Assembly (NCBI GenBank): GCA_965250285.1
Contig: OZ252299.1
Location: 1,760,001-1,824,000 of the forward strand
DNA from: Myxococcota bacterium
GTDB taxonomy: Bacteria; Myxococcota_A; UBA9160; UBA4427
Length of the DNA stretch: 64,000 nucleotides
Direction: 5' to 3'
The translations under genes and the position numbers were made by a program. Below the pieces are notes generated by a model. It did no database searches. It saw only the letters and a program-made list of their open reading frames with translations, and was not told where the DNA came from. The stretch's first letter is position 1, and each line of letters opens with the position of its first letter. This document shows positions 46,353 to 55,987 of this stretch, piece by piece.

Positions 46353-47804
46353 TCAGTCGGCCGCGTCGCCCGCAGCGCCCTGCCCGATCTGGATACTCGT
46401 CCAGCGACCGCCTCGGAAGCGGGTCACGAGCATCGTGCCCTTGACGATGTAGTCGACGATCAGCGCACCGAAGATCCACTCGACGGGCAGTCCCATCCAG
46501 GCGAAGAACCCGGCCGTCACACCCCGCACGATGAGCAGGCCCGTGATCGTCGTGACCAGCGGAAAGCGCGTGTCGCCCGCGCCGCGCAGGGCTCCACCGA
46601 GGGTGAACTCGATCGCCATCAGCGGCTGCATCGCGCCGAGGATGTAGATGAAGACCACCGTCAGCCGCACGACCTCTTCGTCCGCGATCATGAAACGCGC
46701 GATCTGCTCGGCGAACACGACGATGGTGCCGCCCAGCACGATCATGATGCCGATCGAGAACGACATCGCGCGCCAGCCGCTGCGCATGGCACCGGCGGGA
46801 TCCTGGGCGCCGAGGCGCTGCCCCACGTGGGTCGAGGCCGCGATCGAGAAGCCGAAGCCCACGACGAACGAGAACGAGAGGATCTGCACCCCGATGCCGT
46901 ACGCGGCGTAGGGCGCGGTGCCATAGAACGACACGATCCACAGAAAGAGGATGAAGCCGATCTGCACCGCGCCCGACTCGAGCGCCGCCGGGTAGCCGAT
47001 ATGGAACAGCTGCCGCATGCGCGCGCGCGTCAGGCTGCCCTTCGCCCGGGTCCCGATCTTGAGCCAGCCCTGCCACCAGAAGAGCAGCGAGAGCAGCGCA
47101 CCGAACGTGAACGCAGAACCGGTCGCAATCGCGGCCCCCTTCACGCCGAGCGCCGGCGCCCCGAACATGCCGTACACGAGGGTGTAGACCAGGACGACGT
47201 TCACGATGTTCGCGGCCGCGCCGAGGAAGAGCGGCGTGATCGTGTCGCCTGCGGCGCGCACCGCGGTGCCCAGGATCATCGAGACCGCGAAGCTCACGTT
47301 GAAGAGGCTCAGGTAGAAGATGAAGTCGGCCGCCGCGTCGACCGTCATCGCATCGAGCTTGAAGATCGACGCGAGGGGGTGCGAGAAGAGCAACCCGGGC
47401 AGCGACAGCACGAGCCCCATCGCCGCGCCGAGGGCGAGCGACGCCTTCGTGACGCGTTCGGCCTCGGCGTAGTCCTGCGCGCCCCACGCGCGCGCGACCA
47501 TCGCGGTCGTGCCGGCCGAGGTCGCCATGATCACCGCCTGCAGCACGAAGAAGATGCGGTTGCCGGTGGTGACCGCGGCGACGGCCGACGGGCCGAGCGA
47601 ACCGACGATCTTGATGTCGACGAGCGAGACGGTCGAGTACAGCAGGTTGCCCACGACCGCGGGCCAGGCGAGCTGCAGGATACCGGGCGTCTGCTGCGGG
47701 GCTTCCCGCGCACCATGGGGCACGGCCGTCTGCCTGCCCTCACCGGCCGCATCGGGCGCGGCGCCGGCGGTGCCAGCATCGAGCGACGCATCGCGCACCG
47801 GCAT
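46353..47804 (-). CDS. MATE family efflux transporter
   Basis: LAWPA..D..IVGSLG..A.AAV, RAAGDT.TP, ALGVKGAAIAT, RGAGDT. Confidence 0.92.
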   Translation of the reverse strand: MPVRDASLDAGTAGAAPDAAGEGRQTAVPHGAREAPQQTPGILQLAWPAVVGNLLYSTVSLVDIKIVGSLGPSAVAAVTTGNRIFFVLQAVIMATSAGTTAMVARAWGAQDYAEAERVTKASLALGAAMGLVLSLPGLLFSHPLASIFKLDAMTVDAAADFIFYLSLFNVSFAVSMILGTAVRAAGDTITPLFLGAAANIVNVVLVYTLVYGMFGAPALGVKGAAIATGSAFTFGALLSLLFWWQGWLKIGTRAKGSLTRARMRQLFHIGYPAALESGAVQIGFILFLWIVSFYGTAPYAAYGIGVQILSFSFVVGFGFSIAASTHVGQRLGAQDPAGAMRSGWRAMSFSIGIMIVLGGTIVVFAEQIARFMIADEEVVRLTVVFIYILGAMQPLMAIEFTLGGALRGAGDTRFPLVTTITGLLIVRGVTAGFFAWMGLPVEWIFGALIVDYIVKGTMLVTRFRGGRWTSIQIGQGAAGDAAD

Positions 47805-48015
47805 GGGAGGGCCCCCGCCCGAGCGTCGCGTGGAGCGGCCTCGGGGGCGATCAGTGAAAGGCTGGGCGCAGTGGGTGGAAGCGGCAGATTAGCCGCGACC
47901 GTCGTGCCGGGAAAGGCGCAGCGCGCCGCGGGCGACGCATGGGCCAGCGGCCTCGGTGTCGGTTCAGCGGGCGCAGAGCGCTCAGCTTGGTTGCTTCAGA
48001 CGGCGCCAGCCGGCG

Positions 48016-49038
48016 TCAGACGGCGGCGGACACCACGGCCCGAGGCTCAGGGCGCGGCAGCCGTGCCGGTTCGCCGGTCGCCGGATAGAACTGCTTCGCC
48101 CACTTGCGATAGGTCGCGACCGGTCCGTCGCCCACGGCGAGCGCGGGCTGCTCTTTGTAGATCTTGTGCTCCCAGACGTCGATGTCCTGGGTCACCTCGA
48201 GGCATAGGAACCAGTGCGTGATGTTGCGGATCACATTGTTCAGCGGTCCGAACTTCTTCTTGATCGACGCCCCGAGGCGCAGGTCGATGTGGCCACCGTC
48301 CTTCGGCACGGGCATCACGAAGAACCGAAGCTCGGCGCCGAACTGCGGCAGGTCGACGTTCACCTGGGAGTAACCCAGGCCCCAGACCTGCACGTCGTAC
48401 TCGACCTCGAGCACGAACTTCGGCATGAAGCTCAGGTTGAACCACGGCATGAAGCGCTGCACGCCGTACCGCGTGTTCAGGTGGGGGCCCTCGGTCTCGG
48501 CCTCGCGCACGATCCGGCCGTTGTCGAAGCCGTGCACCTGGGTGAAGTGCCCGAAGTCGACACTGTTCTCGGTCGTCTCCTGGGGATGCGTCGCGAGCGC
48601 GTACTCCTTCCAGGTGAGTCCGCTCCAGCCTTCGGTCTCGAGCGGCGGGATCTCCCACTCGGGCTCCCGCCCGAGCGCGTCGTACCAGACCATGACGAAA
48701 CCGCCGATCTCGCGGACGGTCCACCGATCGAGCCGCGCGCGCACGGGCGGCGGGCCGTCGTAGGGCGTTGCGGTGCAGCGTCCTTCGGTGTCGAACTGGA
48801 AGCCGTGGAAGCCGCAGCGCAGCGACTCGCCCTTGACCTCGCCGATCTTGCCGAGGTTCGCGCCCATGTGCGGACAGAAGGCGTCGACGACGCGCAGAAC
48901 GCCCGACTCGGTGCGGAAGATGACGAGATCGCTCTCGAAGTACGGCCGCGAGATCAGCTGACCCGGCTTGACCTCGGCGCTCGTCGCGACGGCGTACCAG
49001 CCGCTCGGGAGACTCGGAAACGGAAAACGCTCGCTCAC
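48016..49038 (-). CDS. Rieske oxygenase, KshA/Neverland-like
   Basis: GWY; CPH..CGFH Rieske ligands; ENSVDFGHFTQVH iron motif; QDIDVWEHK..DGP..YRKWAKQFY; GTG start chosen. Confidence 0.85.
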   Translation of the reverse strand: MSERFPFPSLPSGWYAVATSAEVKPGQLISRPYFESDLVIFRTESGVLRVVDAFCPHMGANLGKIGEVKGESLRCGFHGFQFDTEGRCTATPYDGPPPVRARLDRWTVREIGGFVMVWYDALGREPEWEIPPLETEGWSGLTWKEYALATHPQETTENSVDFGHFTQVHGFDNGRIVREAETEGPHLNTRYGVQRFMPWFNLSFMPKFVLEVEYDVQVWGLGYSQVNVDLPQFGAELRFFVMPVPKDGGHIDLRLGASIKKKFGPLNNVIRNITHWFLCLEVTQDIDVWEHKIYKEQPALAVGDGPVATYRKWAKQFYPATGEPARLPRPEPRAVVSAAV

Positions 49039-49371
49039 ACCCTCACCCCTCGATCCTCGGACGCGCTCTTGCCGCCCGGCCACCCGTGCCAGGCGAACCG
49101 CCGCTCGTGACGGGTCCAAAGCGGGTCCTGCCCCGGGGGCCGTGGCGCGGCCGCACGAGAGTCGCACCCCGGCTGTCGCGAAGCACCCCGCTCACGGGCG
49201 TGAAACCGCCGTGAATCGATGCTCCGTCGCTGAAACGCCGCTCAGTGCAGTTTCGCGGAATGTGAATCAGACCCGATCCGCCCACGGGTCAGCGAAAGCC
49301 GATGGGCGTGCCGACTCGGTGCGCCGAGACCGGCTCAGCCTGGCGCGCGCGTCGCCCTGCTTCGGGTGGGC

Positions 49372-50037
49372 TCAGAGTGGGCAGTGCTGGCGCAGCAGCT
49401 CATCGACGCGCTCGCCATTCAGGCTGCGGTGCTCGGCGAGCAGCTGCGACAGCTCGTCGACCGCTTCCCAGTTCGCCCGCAGCAGGCGCAGCGCCTCCTC
49501 CCAATACTCGCGGTAGAAGTGCGTCGCCTGTCGGTCGGCCCCGACCAGGCCGGCCAGGCGCTGCAGCTCGAGGCGGTCCGCCACCGCACGATCCCGCACG
49601 AACGCGGGCTCCATCTCGAGATCGGGCGGCGCAGGCCGCGCGCGACGCGCCTCGCCCTGGGCTGCGTAGAGGCTCTCCGCAGCGAGTCCGGCGTAGGTCA
49701 TCACACCGTAGGCGTCGACGATGCCGTCGATCGAGACCGGGGCCGGCGTGCCGCGCCGCGGGACACCCGCCGGCGGTCGGCACGAGATCGGCACCGGCAT
49801 GAGCGAGTAGGTCGGGATCCCCGGCTGCGCTTCGTCCATGAGCTCGAGTCCCTTCACGACGTGTTCCCCGTAGAGGAGGAAGCAGACCACCGAGTGTCCG
49901 GCCTCGTGGATGGTGCCCGCGTTGGGCGCACGGTCGATCTTCGAGGCGGGCGTCGGGGTCGGCGTGGGGGTCGAGGTCGGGCGAGCGGGAACGGCTGCGG
50001 TCACGAAAATCTCCAGGTCGAAGTGGCTCCGGCGCAC
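49372..50037 (-). CDS. Stand-alone FtsH/M41-like zinc peptidase domain protein
   Basis: HEAGH, YAGLAAE, C-terminal LLRANWEAVDELSQLL.EHRSLNGE; start uncertain (50037 or 50004). Confidence 0.6.
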   Translation of the reverse strand: MRRSHFDLEIFVTAAVPARPTSTPTPTPTPASKIDRAPNAGTIHEAGHSVVCFLLYGEHVVKGLELMDEAQPGIPTYSLMPVPISCRPPAGVPRRGTPAPVSIDGIVDAYGVMTYAGLAAESLYAAQGEARRARPAPPDLEMEPAFVRDRAVADRLELQRLAGLVGADRQATHFYREYWEEALRLLRANWEAVDELSQLLAEHRSLNGERVDELLRQHCPL

Positions 50038-50671
50038 ACATCCCGATGTGCATCCGGGCTTTTCTCATCGTCAAACGGCGAAATCAGTTGAGCCTGCGGG
50101 GACCTCCGAGCCGCATCTCATCCGCCTTGCGTTCAACATGCGAGGGGATCGGGCAACGCATTGTCTGCATTCCGGCCGGATCCGTGTCCGACCGCATCAT
50201 CCACCCCAGCTGGCCGCATTCCGACGCATGTTCGACGCACTGCTTCATTCACCGACGTCGCGCACGGCGCGGGGCCGCCCGAGATTCGGCGACGGTCGGG
50301 ACACCGCATGCGCGGTGCCCGGGTCGTGCCGCAGCGCGGCGCGGCGCGAGCGACCGCGCACGCTCGGGGCACTTGGCCAACCGGTCTCGGCAAGCGATGT
50401 CCGCGTCATCGAGCAGACGTTCGATCGTTGGCCTCGCTGCGCTCGAACGCGCGAGCGGGTCCCCGCGCCCTCGCCCCGGGGCGCGTCGGAAGCTGCGCGA
50501 GCGAACCACTCGCAGGTGCGCGGCGACCGACCATTGGCTAGCAATGGGGCGGGGAAAGCGTGCCGCGGCCGTTCGGCCGGTGGTGACGATTTCATTTCGA
50601 CCCGGATCTGCCGAGCCCATGCCTCAACACATGGGAGTGTGGATCGTTCGCTATTGAGAACGGGGGAACCG

Positions 50672-51505
50672 TTGAAAGCCTTGATTCACGTCTTCGGACA
50701 GCGCGGCCGCACCGGCATCGCCGCCGGCGTCGGAGCGCTCGCACTTGCCGCCGGGGCCACCGTCGCCTCGGTCGCACTCGTGGCCGAGCCCGTCGCGGCG
50801 CAGTCGCAGACGCTCGACTCCGCGATTACGACCAACGCCGAGGGCAACGCCGGCTCCCTCGCGTCCCAGAAGCGCATCGATCAGATCGCCGATGCCACCG
50901 ACGACATGGCGAGCTCGTACCGAGCGAGCCTCGAGCAGATCGAGTCGTTGCGTGTCTACAACGCGCAGCTCGAGAAGCTGATCGCCGCGCAGGAAGCCGA
51001 GCTCACCTCGCTCGACAATCAGATCGGTGAGGTCACGGTCATCGGGCGTGAGATGACGCCGCTGATGCTGCGCATGATCGACGCACTCGAAGCCTTCGTC
51101 GATGCCGACGTGCCCATGCTGCTCACCGAGCGCCGCGACCGAATCGCCGAACTGCGCGACCTGATGGATCGCGCCGACGTCGCGGACAGCGAGAAGTATC
51201 GCCGCATCACCGAGGCCTATCAGATCGAGAACGAGTACGGCCGCACGATCGAGGCCTACAACGGCGACGTCGTGATCGACGGCGAGACCCGCACCGGCGA
51301 CCTGCTCCGCGTCGGCCGCATTGCGCTGATCTACAGCGCGCTGGACGGCAGCGATGTGCGCGCGTGGGATCAGCGCCAGGGTGACTGGGTGCCGCTCGAC
51401 GCCGACGCACGAGACACGATCCGCAAGGGCATCCGCATCGCCCGCAAGCAGGCCGCGCCCGACCTCGTCCGCCTGCCGATCCTGGCCCCCGAGGAGGCGA
51501 ACTGA
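50672..51505 (+). CDS. DUF3450 family protein (TtpB-like)
   Basis: Signal peptide; SQKRID, PLMLRMID.LE.FV..D.P, EKYRR..EAYQIE.EYGRTI, LRVGR. Confidence 0.85.
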   Translation: MKALIHVFGQRGRTGIAAGVGALALAAGATVASVALVAEPVAAQSQTLDSAITTNAEGNAGSLASQKRIDQIADATDDMASSYRASLEQIESLRVYNAQLEKLIAAQEAELTSLDNQIGEVTVIGREMTPLMLRMIDALEAFVDADVPMLLTERRDRIAELRDLMDRADVADSEKYRRITEAYQIENEYGRTIEAYNGDVVIDGETRTGDLLRVGRIALIYSALDGSDVRAWDQRQGDWVPLDADARDTIRKGIRIARKQAAPDLVRLPILAPEEAN

Positions 51506-52899
51506 TGTCCCGCTCCACCCAGCTCATCGTGGCCCTGCTGGCCGCGGTCATGGTCGCGCTCGCGCCCACGGCCGTCGTCTTCGCCCAGGCCGATCAGAAG
51601 CTCACCCTCGACGAGCTGCTCGCGAAGGTGAAGGAAGGCTGGCGCGCCGAGCGCGCCGCCAATCGTCAGCGTGAGGCCGAGTTCAAGGCCGACCGCGCCA
51701 ACCAGAAGCAGCTCTTGCAGCAGGCGCTCGCGACCCAGGCCAAGGAAGAGGACCGCAGCGCCGAGCTCGAGGACCTCTTCGCCGCCAACGAGGTGCGCAT
51801 CGCCGAGCAGGAGAAGGCCCTGCAAGAGAAGCTCGGCAGCCTCGGCGAACTCTTCGGCGTCGTGCGGCAGGTCGCGGGTGATACCAAGAGCCAGGTCGAG
51901 AACTCGATCATCAGCTCGGAGTTCCCCGACCGGCAGGCCTTCCTCGACCGACTCGGACAGAGCAAGAAGCTGCCCCAGCTCGAAGACCTCGAAGGTCTCT
52001 GGTACGCGCTGCAGCAGGAGATGACCGAGCAGAGCAAGGTCGTGCGCTACAACGCGCCGGTCGTGCTCTCGTCGGGCGAGGAATCCGAGCTCGAGGTCGT
52101 CCGCATCGGCGCGTTCAACGCCGTCGCCGACGGCAAGTACCTGACCTGGCAGGACCAGGTGCAGCGACTCGCCGAGATCGGTCGCCAGCCGGCCGCGAAG
52201 TACGTCGACACCATCGGGCCCTTCGTCGCCACGACCACGGGCTTCGCCGAGTTCGCCGTCGACCCCTCGCGCGGCACGATCCTCTCGCTGCTCGTCGATA
52301 CGCCGACGTTCCGCGAACGCCTCGAGTTCGGCGGCGTGGTCGGCATGATCATCATCATCCTCGGCAGCTTGACCTTCCTGCTGGCGGTGGTGCGGACGGT
52401 CATGATCTTCATCGTCAGCCGGAAGGTCGCCGCGCAGAAGAAGACGTCGACGCCGAACAAGGGCAACCCGCTCGGTCGACTGCTCCAGGTCTACGCCGAC
52501 AACCGCAACGTCGACACCGAGACCCTCGAGCTGAAGCTCGAAGAGGGCCTGTTGCGCGAGACGGCCAGCCTCGAGCGCTTCCTGTGGCTCATCAAGGTCG
52601 TTTCGGCGGTCGCCCCGCTGCTCGGCCTGCTCGGTACGGTCACCGGCATGATCAACACCTTCCAGATCATCACGCTGTACGGCACCGGTGATCCGAAGAT
52701 GATGGCGGGTGGTATCTCTGAGGCCCTGGTCACGACGATGCTCGGCCTGTACGCGGCGATCCCGCTGGTGCTGATGCACAGCGTCGTGTCGAGCCTGTCG
52801 ACGGGCGTGACCAACGTCCTCGAGGAGCAGACCACGGGCCTGATCGCCCAGCAGTCCGAGGCCGAAGTGCCCGCGACGCCTCGGCCGGTCGAAGGCTGA
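51505..52899 (+). CDS. Long MotA/TolQ/ExbB family protein (TtpC-like)
   Basis: Periplasmic coiled coil, LGELFGVVRQ, RIGAFN, DPSRG, APLLGLLGTVTGMI, MAGGISEALVTT. Confidence 0.88.
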   Translation: MSRSTQLIVALLAAVMVALAPTAVVFAQADQKLTLDELLAKVKEGWRAERAANRQREAEFKADRANQKQLLQQALATQAKEEDRSAELEDLFAANEVRIAEQEKALQEKLGSLGELFGVVRQVAGDTKSQVENSIISSEFPDRQAFLDRLGQSKKLPQLEDLEGLWYALQQEMTEQSKVVRYNAPVVLSSGEESELEVVRIGAFNAVADGKYLTWQDQVQRLAEIGRQPAAKYVDTIGPFVATTTGFAEFAVDPSRGTILSLLVDTPTFRERLEFGGVVGMIIIILGSLTFLLAVVRTVMIFIVSRKVAAQKKTSTPNKGNPLGRLLQVYADNRNVDTETLELKLEEGLLRETASLERFLWLIKVVSAVAPLLGLLGTVTGMINTFQIITLYGTGDPKMMAGGISEALVTTMLGLYAAIPLVLMHSVVSSLSTGVTNVLEEQTTGLIAQQSEAEVPATPRPVEG

Positions 52900-52922
52900 G
52901 ACGGGGAGCGGAGACAGCGACC

Positions 52923-53438
52923 ATGGACATGATTCTCGAGCCCATCGGCGACTTCATGACTGCGGGCGGCGACGTGCTGAAGCTCATCTTCGCCGTCACG
53001 CTGGCCATGTGGACGCTGATCCTCGAGCGCACCTGGTACTACCGCCTTCAGCTCCCGAAGGAGCTGAAGGTGGTGCTCGAGAAGTGGAACGCTCGAGAGG
53101 ATCAGACCAGCTGGGGCGCGCATCAGATCCGGGATCTGTACATCTCGGAGACCTCGATCAACGTGAATCGCAGTCTGCCGATGATCGCGACCCTCGTGGC
53201 CGTGTGTCCGCTGCTGGGGCTGCTCGGCACGGTGACGGGGATGATCGAGGTCTTCGACGTGATGGCGGCCGCGGGCAACAGCAACCCGCGCGCCATGGCG
53301 TCGGGTGTCTCGAAGGCCACGATCCCGACGATGTCGGGTCTTCTCGCGGCCCTCTCCGGCCTCTACTTCTCGGTCCAGCTCAAACGCTATGCGAACAAAC
53401 AGACCGATCAGCTCAGCGAGCACCTGATCCACAGGTAA
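52923..53438 (+). CDS. exbB: ExbB/TolQ family protein (short form)
   Basis: CPLLGLLGTVTGMIEVF, MASGVSKATIPTMSG. Confidence 0.88.
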   Translation: MDMILEPIGDFMTAGGDVLKLIFAVTLAMWTLILERTWYYRLQLPKELKVVLEKWNAREDQTSWGAHQIRDLYISETSINVNRSLPMIATLVAVCPLLGLLGTVTGMIEVFDVMAAAGNSNPRAMASGVSKATIPTMSGLLAALSGLYFSVQLKRYANKQTDQLSEHLIHR

Positions 53439-53492
53439 GCCCCTTCGAACCGAATGCGGCTCACTTCGAGTGAGCGAGAGTCAGGGACGAAC

Positions 53493-53897
53493 ATGCGCCG
53501 TAGACGAACGCGAGAGCAGGAAGAGAGCGAGATCGACATCACCCCGATGCTCGATGTCGTCTTCATCATGCTCATCTTCTTCATCGTGACCGCCAGCTTC
53601 GTGAAAGAGGCCGGCATCGACGTGAACCGCCCCGACGCCTCGACCGCCGAGGTGAAGGAGCGCGGCAACATTCTCGTCGCCATTACCGAGAACAATCAGG
53701 TCTGGATCGACCGTCGCCAGGTCGACGTACGCTCGGTGCGGGCCAACATCGAGCGGCTCCGAGCGGAGAATCCCGAGGGTGCGGTCGTCGTCCAGGCAGA
53801 CAAGAACTCGAAGAACGGGCTTCTGGTCAAGGTGATGGATGCGGCACGGCTGGCCGGCGTCGAGAACGTGTCGCTCGCCGCGACCCAAACGGAGTAG
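53493..53897 (+). CDS. exbD: ExbD/TolR family protein
   Basis: IDITPMLDVVFIMLIFFIVT, VVQAD..G.LVKVMDAARLAG. Confidence 0.93.
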   Translation: MRRRRTREQEESEIDITPMLDVVFIMLIFFIVTASFVKEAGIDVNRPDASTAEVKERGNILVAITENNQVWIDRRQVDVRSVRANIERLRAENPEGAVVVQADKNSKNGLLVKVMDAARLAGVENVSLAATQTE

Positions 53898-53906
53898 CGC
53901 TCCAGA

Positions 53907-54515
53907 ATGGCCATCCGCAGCGTCAGCGCTTTCCTGCTCGCCATGGGCATCACCATGGGGCTGTTCTTTCTCATGCAGTCGCTGATCTCGCAGGATCCGA
54001 GCGTCGGCGAAAAGCGCAAGAACAAGTCGATCGAGTTCGTCCGAATCAAGCGAGAATCGACGCTTCAGGAGAAAGAGCGCAAGCTCCCCGACAAGCCCAA
54101 GAAGGAAGAGCCGCCGCCGCCCCCGCAGCTCGATTTCTCGACGCCGGACGACGCAGCGGGCGAGACCATGTCGATCGCGGCGTCGGGCATCGACACGGGT
54201 GTCAGCCTCGGCACGGGCATGGGCGGCCTCGCCACCGCCGACAGCGACGTCGCGCCGATGGTGCGCGTGCTCCCGCAGTACCCCGCTCGCGCCCAGGAGC
54301 GTGGCATCGAGGGCTACGTGATCGTCGAGTTCACCATCGCCGTTGACGGGACAGTGAAGGACGCCATCGTCCTCGACTCGCAGCCCTCGAAGATCTTCGA
54401 TCGCGCGGCCCTGCGCGCCATTCGCAAGTGGAAGTACAAGCCCAAGGTCGAAGACGGCCAGGCCGTCGAGCGATCGGGCGTTCGCGTGCGCATGCCGTTC
54501 GAGCTCGAGAAGTAG
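53907..54515 (+). CDS. tonB: Energy transducer TonB
   Basis: N-terminal TM, Pro-rich linker, PQYP.RA..GIEG.V.VEF.I..G.V, FDRAAL.A..KWKY.P. Confidence 0.92.
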   Translation: MAIRSVSAFLLAMGITMGLFFLMQSLISQDPSVGEKRKNKSIEFVRIKRESTLQEKERKLPDKPKKEEPPPPPQLDFSTPDDAAGETMSIAASGIDTGVSLGTGMGGLATADSDVAPMVRVLPQYPARAQERGIEGYVIVEFTIAVDGTVKDAIVLDSQPSKIFDRAALRAIRKWKYKPKVEDGQAVERSGVRVRMPFELEK

Positions 54516-54539
54516 GAAAGAACGTTCGGAGGACTCCCC

Positions 54540-55901
54540 ATGTCCATCGCATCCATGAAGTCGACTCACTCATTCCGCCGCATCGCCGCCCTCCTCACGA
54601 TGGTGGCTTTCGTCTGCACCCTTCCGCTCGCCGCGCTGGCCCAGGACGACGCCGCGCCGAAAAAGAAGCGGAAGAAAGAGAAGACGTACACGATGCAGCC
54701 GACGACGATGAAGAAGTTGGCGAAGTTCTACGAGTACGCCGAAGAGGAAGACTTCGACAGCGCCCTCGACGTGCTGATCTCTCTTGCGAAGCGCAAGAGC
54801 CTGAAGAAGCACGATCGCGCCATGGTCTATCAGTTCATGGGCTTCATGTACGCCCAGAAGGAAGACTACGGCAGGGCAACGAAGGCGATGGAGCGCGCGC
54901 TCAAGCAGAACGCGCTGCCCTTCTCGACGACACAACAGGTCAAATTCGCGCTCGGTCAGCTCTACATGGCCGAAGACCGCATGGATGACGCGATCGTCGT
55001 GCTTCAGGACTGGTACGACCAGGAGGAGGAGCCCGGCGCCGACGCCAACTTCAGGCTGGCCGCGGCGTATATGGCCACCGAACAGTTCGCGAAGGCGCTG
55101 CCCTACGCCCGCAAGTCCGTGGCCATGTCGACGGAGGAGCCGAAAGAGCGCTTCCTCGCAGTCAACCTGATGACCGAGTTCCAGCTCGGCAACTTCATGG
55201 AGAGCCTCGAGCTCTTGAAGGTGCTCGCGAGCTACTTTCCCAAGAAGCGCTACTACACGCAGCTCGCGTTCGGCTACACCGAGCTCGGCGAGATGGAGAC
55301 GGCGCTGGCCGTTCTGCAGCTGGCCTACGCCGAGGGCTGGCTCGACAAGGAGAGCGAGCTGCTGAGCCTGGCGCAGCGCCTCTATTCGGCCGATCTGCCC
55401 TACCAGGCCTCGCTCGTGATCAGCAAGGGCATCGACGACGAGATCATCGAGCCCACCGAGAAGAACCTCGAGTTCCTCTCGAGTGCCCTGCTCTCGGCCC
55501 GAGAGTACGAGGAGAGCCTCGAGCCCCTCGAGCAGGCCGCCGAGATCTCCGACAGTGGCGACCTGTACGTCCGCCTCGCCCAGGTGCACCTGCAGGTCGA
55601 ACGCTGGCCGGCCGCTCAGCAGGCCCTCGAGAAGGCCGTGCAGAAGGGCGAACTCGACGACGCCGGCCGGGCCCAGCTGCTGCTCGGCATCACCCAGTTC
55701 AACCAGAAGCGCTACCAGTCGGCCCGCGCCGCCTTTGGGCGAGCCGCCAAGGACGAAAACCTGGCCGCCAGCGCGAACCAGTGGATCGAGCACACCGATC
55801 GGCAGATCGCGATTGCCGAGCTCGAAGCGCAGCAGCAGGCTGACGCCGAGCAGCGTCGGGCGGAGGCCGAGGCCGGCAAGTCGGCCTTCGAGCAGCTCTA
55901 G
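54540..55901 (+). CDS. Periplasmic TPR protein (TtpD-like)
   Basis: Signal peptide; helical TPR-like repeats; last gene of the tonB operon. Confidence 0.8.
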   Translation: MSIASMKSTHSFRRIAALLTMVAFVCTLPLAALAQDDAAPKKKRKKEKTYTMQPTTMKKLAKFYEYAEEEDFDSALDVLISLAKRKSLKKHDRAMVYQFMGFMYAQKEDYGRATKAMERALKQNALPFSTTQQVKFALGQLYMAEDRMDDAIVVLQDWYDQEEEPGADANFRLAAAYMATEQFAKALPYARKSVAMSTEEPKERFLAVNLMTEFQLGNFMESLELLKVLASYFPKKRYYTQLAFGYTELGEMETALAVLQLAYAEGWLDKESELLSLAQRLYSADLPYQASLVISKGIDDEIIEPTEKNLEFLSSALLSAREYEESLEPLEQAAEISDSGDLYVRLAQVHLQVERWPAAQQALEKAVQKGELDDAGRAQLLLGITQFNQKRYQSARAAFGRAAKDENLAASANQWIEHTDRQIAIAELEAQQQADAEQRRAEAEAGKSAFEQL

Positions 55902-55987
55902 CGCGCGCGTCCCTGCGCGACCGTCCCCTTCCTCCACGCGTGATCCGCGCGAGCGGGTGAAGGGACCGGTGTGCCATGCTCTCGAGC

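Noticed and set aside
41782..49371. KstR operator near the FadD19-like and KshA-like genes
   Set aside because: No TnnAACnnGTTnnA match found in either upstream region
50040..50670. Cobalamin riboswitch or Fur box upstream of the tonB operon
   Set aside because: No B12-box core or GATAAT-type repeats recognisable by eye
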